From positions 62,001 to 126,000 of the forward strand of contig ADNK01001400.1 in the NCBI GenBank assembly GCA_000320545.1: a stretch of 64,000 nucleotides of DNA, in the 5' to 3' direction. Below, one piece after another: positions 53,704-64,000 of this stretch (positions are counted from its first letter, which is position 1; the number at the start of each line of letters is the position of its first letter). This stretch comes from Bigelowiella natans CCMP2755. Lineage: Eukaryota > Protista > Cercozoa. The translations under genes were made by a program, and so were the position numbers. A model generated the notes under the pieces. The model ran no database searches and was not told the origin of the DNA. It was given only the letters and a program-made list of their open reading frames with translations.

Positions 53704-54778
53704 ATTGTAAGGCTTTGATCGTTCTGGTGTAAAGAATCTAAAGAATCCTCTAGTATGTCTCTAGTAAGCGGATGTAGCGATCGCGCCAGTGCCTCTAATT
53801 TAAACACTTGAAAGTTGGGCTAGAGGTATTGCGTGTTGTCCATTGACGAGATTGTAGGGCGTCGACAGATCGTAATTTTCATCTTGCGACGGTACATCGA
53901 AGCTTATTTTGAGCGCAAGCATGCACGTATGTGTTCAATTTAATCTCTCAAGTACATAACTTGTTGAAATCTTCCTATTCCTGATCGGGCGTTTTTCATC
54001 GTTATGTTCGTACAGAAACATCGCATCGCCCTAGACATTTTTTAGATTTGCTGAATGCCAGCTAGCTTGCGTGTGCAGCATGCGTGAGCCCTGCAGGTAC
54101 AAAGCAATCGAACTAAAACAGAACAGCACATGCGCTCTAGACGCCGTTAGCCTGAAAACGTGACAGCGCGCTGGCCGCTAGCTTACTAGCTAGGTAGCTG
54201 CTCGCACTGTCTAGATTGTGTTAGCTAGCTAGTCTAATGCAGTGTCCTCTTAGCTCGCCTATCATTACAGGAACACTAGAACAGGTAAAGCGCTGCTTTG
54301 CGTACAGCGCTGCTTTGCTAGATCTAGAGATGTACGCATATTTGGCTCGATCACTCACACATTACGATACATACTTGCAGCTTGTGTAGCATTAGAGCAT
54401 CCGCCTGCCTGCTTGAACTGCCTCACGCATGACATGCTTGCTAGCTTGGCACATGCTATACATGCTCCACACGCTAGCACATCACGTCGTGCGAGGTGAC
54501 GCACTGCCGCAATGTGGTGAGGCATGTGCCCGCAAGCATCGTATCGTACTGCTACGTCTTGGCTAACTAGATGTGATATATATTACTACAGGCAGACATG
54601 TTGCTTGACACGCGGGCAACAAAGGACACTAGGACACACTCTAGCACTACCATAACAGCACACACACACACACGCACGCATCCAACGAAGAGTATCTGCA
54701 ATGCGTCAGTCTTTTTGTTACTCCATACCCGTAGATAGCTGAGAAAATGCTATAGGTGAGCAATTGGTTTGCATCCCC

Positions 54779-55954
54779 TCACTTTGCTTGCCACAGAAAA
54801 TATGCATTAATGAAAACTCCGAGCCAGGCTCCTACATCGTCTGCGGCTCTATAATTCGCTCTGTTTTGGTTCCATCTTTGAGACACAGATTCTGAATTTT
54901 CGAACTGCCTCACAGCAAGAAAAAGGAAGAATGCAGCAACCTAAACGATTGTCAAATAGGCATCAAACCTGCATCAGATGTTTGGCATTGCCATTAGCGA
55001 GAATGTATAATAGCACAAAAATAGCGAAAATTGTTGTAGAGGATGTCATTGCGATAAGCTCTTCAAGTTACATCATTGCGCTGAGGCTGATATGATTGTT
55101 CCTATAACCTACCACAATCGCTATAGCGACAGCAAGTAGAATCATCTTCTCAAGACGTCGTAGAATAGCCTTCTCCCTCCTAGCTTCTAAATTTTCCTCC
55201 CAGAAGCGCTTGTTGAGCTTTTCGACCATGTTGTCACCTCCAATTGAGAGAGGAGCAGCATCAGATCTGTTATCGCAGTTTTGCGTCCGCGAAGCTTGCA
55301 AGGAGGAACTTGTTGCACCTGCCGTCTTTGAAGCAATGGCAGAGGCTGTGCGCTGACTGCTGTTCATTTGGGAGCGTTCTTGCTCATTTTGTGAATGGAA
55401 AATATTTGTGGAATTAAGCACAGGGGGAGCCTTTTCCTTCATTCGGCTAGAGGCACGCTGTCCCATTCCTGAATTTGCTCCATCACGATTGTGGTCTTCA
55501 TCGTAACGAATCTTTGATTTATTCGACCCACAGTCGTTCGAATAGTTTAATTTTTTCCTATCTCCACTTCCATCCTCATCACCACCATCATCAGCAGCAA
55601 CGACATTGTAATCGTCGTCATCATCGTTCCTAACTTCTACATGTTGCCTTGTGGCACTTAGCATCTTCCTCGGACCGATTTGGCAGCTTCTCCTTTCATC
55701 ATTGCCCCTGACTCCCCCTCCCTGCTGCAGCTGCGATTTCCAGCTTTGCTTCAGAAGGCATCTCAAGTTATACATGCTGGAGGTGTAGAAGCCTCCTGCA
55801 CAAAAGACAGAGGCAGCAGTAGCGACATGAATGGGGGCGCTCCACCGAAATTTGTTCACGGCCAAGGTCCCCGACAGACTCACTATAAACACCAACACTG
55901 AAGAGATCATGCCTAATGAGAAAGAGCGACACGACGTCAGTTGTGATACTCGTA

Positions 55955-55995
<41 letters not shown>

Positions 55996-56932
55996 ACAAA
56001 TATATCCATGTATATTTATATATTACAATATTATAGCACTTACATATAAATATTTATTTATAATGATACTAACTGTGCGTGTGTGCGTGGGTGAGAGAGA
56101 TGGACCTGCAGTAATAAGGACCGGTGTATTTGTAGGGATATGCTGACTCATCGAAGAGGCACGATATTGTGCCTTGCTCCACACGAGACTAAGATGCTAT
56201 AGGTGGAGTTACTAGTTAGGATGCTATTACTAGAAAACACTGTGTTAAATTAAGCATATTAGATTTTGTTAATTGTTGCGGAATCAAACCCATAGCTGGA
56301 TCTGAAGAGTAACCTTTTAACGTAATATATTAAGAAAATATTCCTCATGTATGCTCAAGAATGTCTATATTAATGTTATATACGTATCTAAAGTATAAGT
56401 TCATGCTTGATTTATGGTGACATACTCTCTTTCATTTAGTGCATGCATGGTCCATGCAATGTGCAGATATTTGATCATTTTTTGGTGTATAAGCAGATTC
56501 ATTTATTAAAACATGACATACGATAACTAATGCCAGAGTAATCTCGGAAAATTGCCAATTCAGCGCCCCGGGATCATGAGTTATCTAATTTTCACCATCA
56601 TCATGAATTTTCAGTCCATCGCCTGAAGACCAAAACACGGATCATTTTAGCTGCTTACGTAAGGTTTTACCACAGAACTTAATAATATCCAGAAGGAGGA
56701 GTTGATATTCATCCTGCGGAGGGGAGCGGGTTGAAGTGAGTATAAGAGAAGCCGCCGAGGTTGCACGGATACAATGTCATGGCTAGCAAGACAACCATCG
56801 CATCTGCTGCTTGGTCGCTGGTGTGTTCTCCTGAAGGCCCGATTGTCTTACCAACCACACTCCAATAGCTAGCTCGCTGACTGAGGCAACACCCTTGAGC
56901 GCATCGCTAATCGCCCACGCTGGATCGTACAT
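54779..56932 (-). CDS. Multi-pass membrane protein with a long low-complexity loop (7TM/GPCR-like topology possible), multi-exon
   Basis: Hydrophobic exons (ELAIGVWLV; SSFWILLSSVV; GMISSVLVFIVSLSG; APIHVATAASVFCAGGF; MILLAVAIAIVV|VAAFFLFLAV; GAWLGVFINAYFLWQAK*) flank a long S/N/D-rich loop. Confidence 0.55.
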
Positions 56933-57472
56933 ACCGTCGTCTCGGAGGAGACAAATCGGGAAGCTCTGTAAAAAAAGATACCCTCCAAACTGAAGCGAAG
57001 ATCCAAATTCGTGCACATCTAGTAAACTTGATGCGCGGTTCCTTCTGTGAAGGGTTTTGAGGCAACGCTCGATGCTCCGAGATGCAGTCCAATTTTCCTC
57101 CCAGAAACATCGTAAGAGGAAAATTCCTGGAAATCAATCGAGTTTTTCTGCGGTTTAGAGTCCCTCTTTCATCAAGTCGTAGAGAAGGGTTGCCCAGAAA
57201 AAAGGCGAAATTCCAGTTCCCAAAGCAATGTGCGAGGGAACTTCGATGTTTCAAGGGCACAATTTTACCTTGCGCACCTCTTCGAACTCAGGTTTGCTGG
57301 TGGTGAAATAGAGGAGAATTATCTGCTGCGACTTCGAATTAAATGCGACTTCAGACTTGGTGCCGATCCGCCTGCTGATCGCAAATGGCTGCGTACTACG
57401 TAGGATGGATAAAAATGGCGATAGATCTCTGAGCTATTCCAAGCTTTCCTCTCCCGGCAATTTCTTCATATC

Positions 57473-60745
<3,273 letters not shown>

Positions 60746-61196
60746 ATACAATGTGTGATGAAGATAGGACTTCCACAATAGTAAATTATTTTACATGTAG
60801 CAAGCGGTTTAAGCCTCGACCGCACAACAGCTTGTACAACCACACGCGCTGCTTAATAACGTAATTATTATGTATATAGCCATGGGTACAAATAATGGAT
60901 TTTACATGCATATTGTGTAATGCAGTGTCTATGTGAATGTGCATGCCAGCGCTTGACACGCTGGTGCATCTAGCAAAGTGCACGTTAGTAAGCCGGCGAC
61001 AGTTCAAATTAATCGGCCGGAGGTTATTAGGCATACATCCACCCATGCTTTACTTAACATATATAAACACGGAGTACGATACAGAGGCAGCGCATGTAGT
61101 GTTTGATTCGGAGTGGCTAGCATGCAGCGCGAGGTCGTCGTCACATAGCCGTGCTCGATCTATGCTCTGTGCACAAGTACAAACACGACTACCTAG

Positions 61197-62043
61197 CTAT
61201 GGATCCTCGGTTTGGCCTTCAAACCTAAACGGCTTCACATGCAAAGGCGACTTATCTCCGCCATCCTTGATTCCTTCGCCACCCCCGCCTGTCCGCGCTG
61301 TTGAGAGCTTTCGTAGTTCCATGAGAAGGTATGCGCTGGTGGTGGTCGGGCATAGGTACGTCTCCACATGCCGCACGACACGTTTCGTTCCCTCAAAGTG
61401 ACTGACAAACGGGTGCACCTTGGGGCTGTACATCGTATCAGTCAGATCGCGCACAACAGCCACGCTGAAGCCCAGCCGCAGCAGCTGCCTCACACCGAAT
61501 GGCCGGCCCAGGACGCACATGTTCAGATGCACGCCCATCAAGAGAACGGTCTTGATGCCGCGGTGTCGTAGGATATTGAAGACTTGCTGGCCATCGTCGC
61601 TGATGTAATCGCTGTCGCTGTCGCCCTGATCATCAGCTGACGGGATCTTCAGGCCCGGGTGCTATCATATCCACATAGTACGTATTATACGGTGCAATGT
61701 AAATGCTAATATCAACATAATATTGCACGCCACACGCTCATCGATTTTTCTCTCTGAAAATAATACTACCGTCCCCATGTACTACTACTACTACAACTAC
61801 TACTACGCATTATCATGTTGTTTAGGCATTATGACCTGATTCGTCCACGGCTCGGCATTAAAGCAGGGCTTTGGTTCGCAGAAACAGCCATCATCCGCCT
61901 CATCAATGGGGAGAGGGCCTTCCGTATTCTCGTCAGGCCAGCACCAAGGATATCCCCAGCGCGTGCGCGTAGATAGCTTCACCTTTGGTGCATCATCATC
62001 ATCATCATCATCGTCGTTGTCGTCATCATCTTTACCACGATTA

Positions 62044-62088
<45 letters not shown>

Positions 62089-62220
62089 TCTCTCATGCTC
62101 TCTCATAGCCACTGTAAGTCGCAGGGAGAGTGCTATAACGCACAGGACACACACGGCTAACGCGAGAGCTCCGCCGCCATGTTACCAAGAAGCGGCATCA
62201 AGAAGAGAAAGGGAAAGATG

Positions 62221-62268
<48 letters not shown>

Positions 62269-62571
62269 AGCCATAGCAAGATGCACATGCAGTAGCACCA
62301 GCTGAACATTGTTACCGGAGTTGGAAAGTGCGGAGCAGCTTTTGCCCTCGCCCTCGCCTTGTGGTCACGGAGGGGGGGGGATTCTGTGACGCCGCTTGGT
62401 GCGTGTATGATGATAGCGCCGATTCGCCTGAGAGCGTCCACCGTTGCGTTCATTCGAGGAATCAGCTCGCCGACCTTATGAAGAAAGACCACAAACACAC
62501 GACGCGAAGTCACGTACACATGCGGACGACGGGGCACATATGGGAAGGGGGAGCGAAGCAAGTATATTAGG

Positions 62572-62653
<82 letters not shown>

Positions 62654-64000
62654 ATATAGCAATGTTAGTAAGAGCTATCGGTGGTAGGATATATCAGTAG
62701 CACCAGTCCGTCTTCTTGTGTTGATTAATATCTGAAACATCTGACTCACCCTCTTCGTGGCGTCCTTGCACCAGTGCATGTTCCACATATCACAGATAAC
62801 AACTGCTGTTTCTTTTCCCGCCCATTCTTGCTCCGAGATCAGCTCGTCCTCTTCCTCCCCCCCCCCCCTCCTCTTTCTCATCCTCACAGTTGTGCTGTTC
62901 CTTATTGTCGGCACTTGAATCATCCCTGCGTGCTGCTCCCAGTTCCACCTTACAATCCGATGATTGCTTGGCCTTGGCTGTGTCCCCCCCCCCCCTTTTC
63001 CTCCTTCCTCCTCCTCCTCCTCCTCCTTAGAACTACACGCATCGTCGATGGCAACGCTGCCTGCAGTGTTACCGGCTCGTTCCGCCCCTTGAGATCACTG
63101 CTGGTACTACATTTACTAGCAGCATTAGGGGGAGGAGGATGCGACGACGACGATGATAAAGCTCTATCTATAACAGCCTTCACCGTCTCTCCGCAATCCA
63201 GCGCAACTTGGAGGCTATCACGAATCCTTCGCTCTTCGGACTCAAAGCGAACGGGAGCAGCATCGTGCTGCTTCTCCTCCCCCATCCTCCCCTTCCGCCC
63301 AGACCTCTCCCGCACTTGCTTAATCAGATAGAGGGCTATGCGGCTCCGATTCACCCACCGTTTCACGGTGTTATTGCCATCATCCCCACCACCACTAGAA
63401 CGACCATCATCACCCGGCGTTTTCTTCCTTTTTCCAATGCTACTGCTGCTGCTGCTGCTGCTGCTGTTACTATTCTTGCTGCTGCTGTTCGAAATGATAT
63501 CCCATCTCCGTCTCCTCCCCCCCCCCCTCCTCCTCCCAGTGGTCTTCTCCTCCCGAAGAATCGCGTAGAGGGCCTTCTCGTGGCTCCCGGCGACGGAGTA
63601 GCAGGCCACGGCCTCATCCGTCCTCCCCCTGTGCTCGAGCACTGACGCCCACTTGCAGAGGGTCTCCACGCGAAGGGGGTCCTGCGGCAGCAGCCTTGCG
63701 ATCGCCACATGCGCGGCGTCGGCGTAGAAGCCGCGGTCAAGCAGCGTCCTGGTGGCCTCTTCGACCCGCCCCACGCCGAGAAGGAACGCCACCGCGCGCT
63801 GCGTTTCCCCCGCGCGGGCCAGCTGACGGCCGTACGCGCACGCGGCGGTCGCCCATACCTCCGTGGGGATAATAGCGTGTGGTTAGAACGGTTTTTATCA
63901 TCTTCCGGACACGATGAGCACAACGCGGACAGGGGGGGTACTACTCGGGAGATGTATTTGATGATGCTGTGTGTGACAACGACGACGATGACGACGACGA
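61197..64000 (-). CDS. 5'-partial gene: Gemin5-like TPR dimerisation region fused to an isochorismatase/nicotinamidase-family cysteine hydrolase
   Basis: EVWATAACAYGRQLA...AVAFLLGVGRVEEATRTLLDRGFYADAAHVAIARLLPQDP...KWASVLEHRGRTDEAVACY, then TAVVICDMWNMHWC, IIHAPS, LPIDEADDGC, MGVHLNMCVLGRPFG and VRDLTDTMY. The frame is broken at two poly-G tracts. Confidence 0.7.

Overview
Intron-rich eukaryotic nuclear DNA. It is most likely from a chlorarachniophyte alga (Rhizaria), inferred from a bipartite signal+transit leader on the plastid sulfolipid enzyme, short GT-AG introns full of microsatellites, and a flagellar gene. About 18 protein-coding genes were reconstructed by hand, lying in almost strictly alternating orientation: an OPR/RAP-like repeat protein, a CFAP97-domain protein, a kinase-ankyrin-dynein-fragment fusion, RPS4, SQD1/sqdB, FNBP4-like, a PdeD/PdeE-type phosphodiesterase, an auxilin-like J protein, a 2OG-Fe(II) oxygenase, a chromodomain protein, a Clu-ankyrin-UBA protein, CDK1, DUF4787, CDC48, a multi-TM protein, DUF3431, and a Gemin5-like TPR/isochorismatase fusion. 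The most striking signal is three sharply bounded ~1 kb islands (29281-30395, 32461-33445, 36316-37125) from which TpA is almost erased except in the YTAR context, while CpG stays abundant. One island holds a spliceable gene relic with no Tyr and Cys/His at Tyr-like positions, plus a tandem duplicate whose copies differ only by transitions. This looks like a targeted A:T->G:C hypermutation process, opposite in direction to fungal RIP. Also notable are a tyrosine-kinase-type protein carrying a P-loop-dead dynein linker/AAA1/AAA2 module, and a two-hairpin dispersed repeat found in tail-to-tail gene spacers. All exon boundaries, counts and homologies are by eye and from memory of the families; no search was run.
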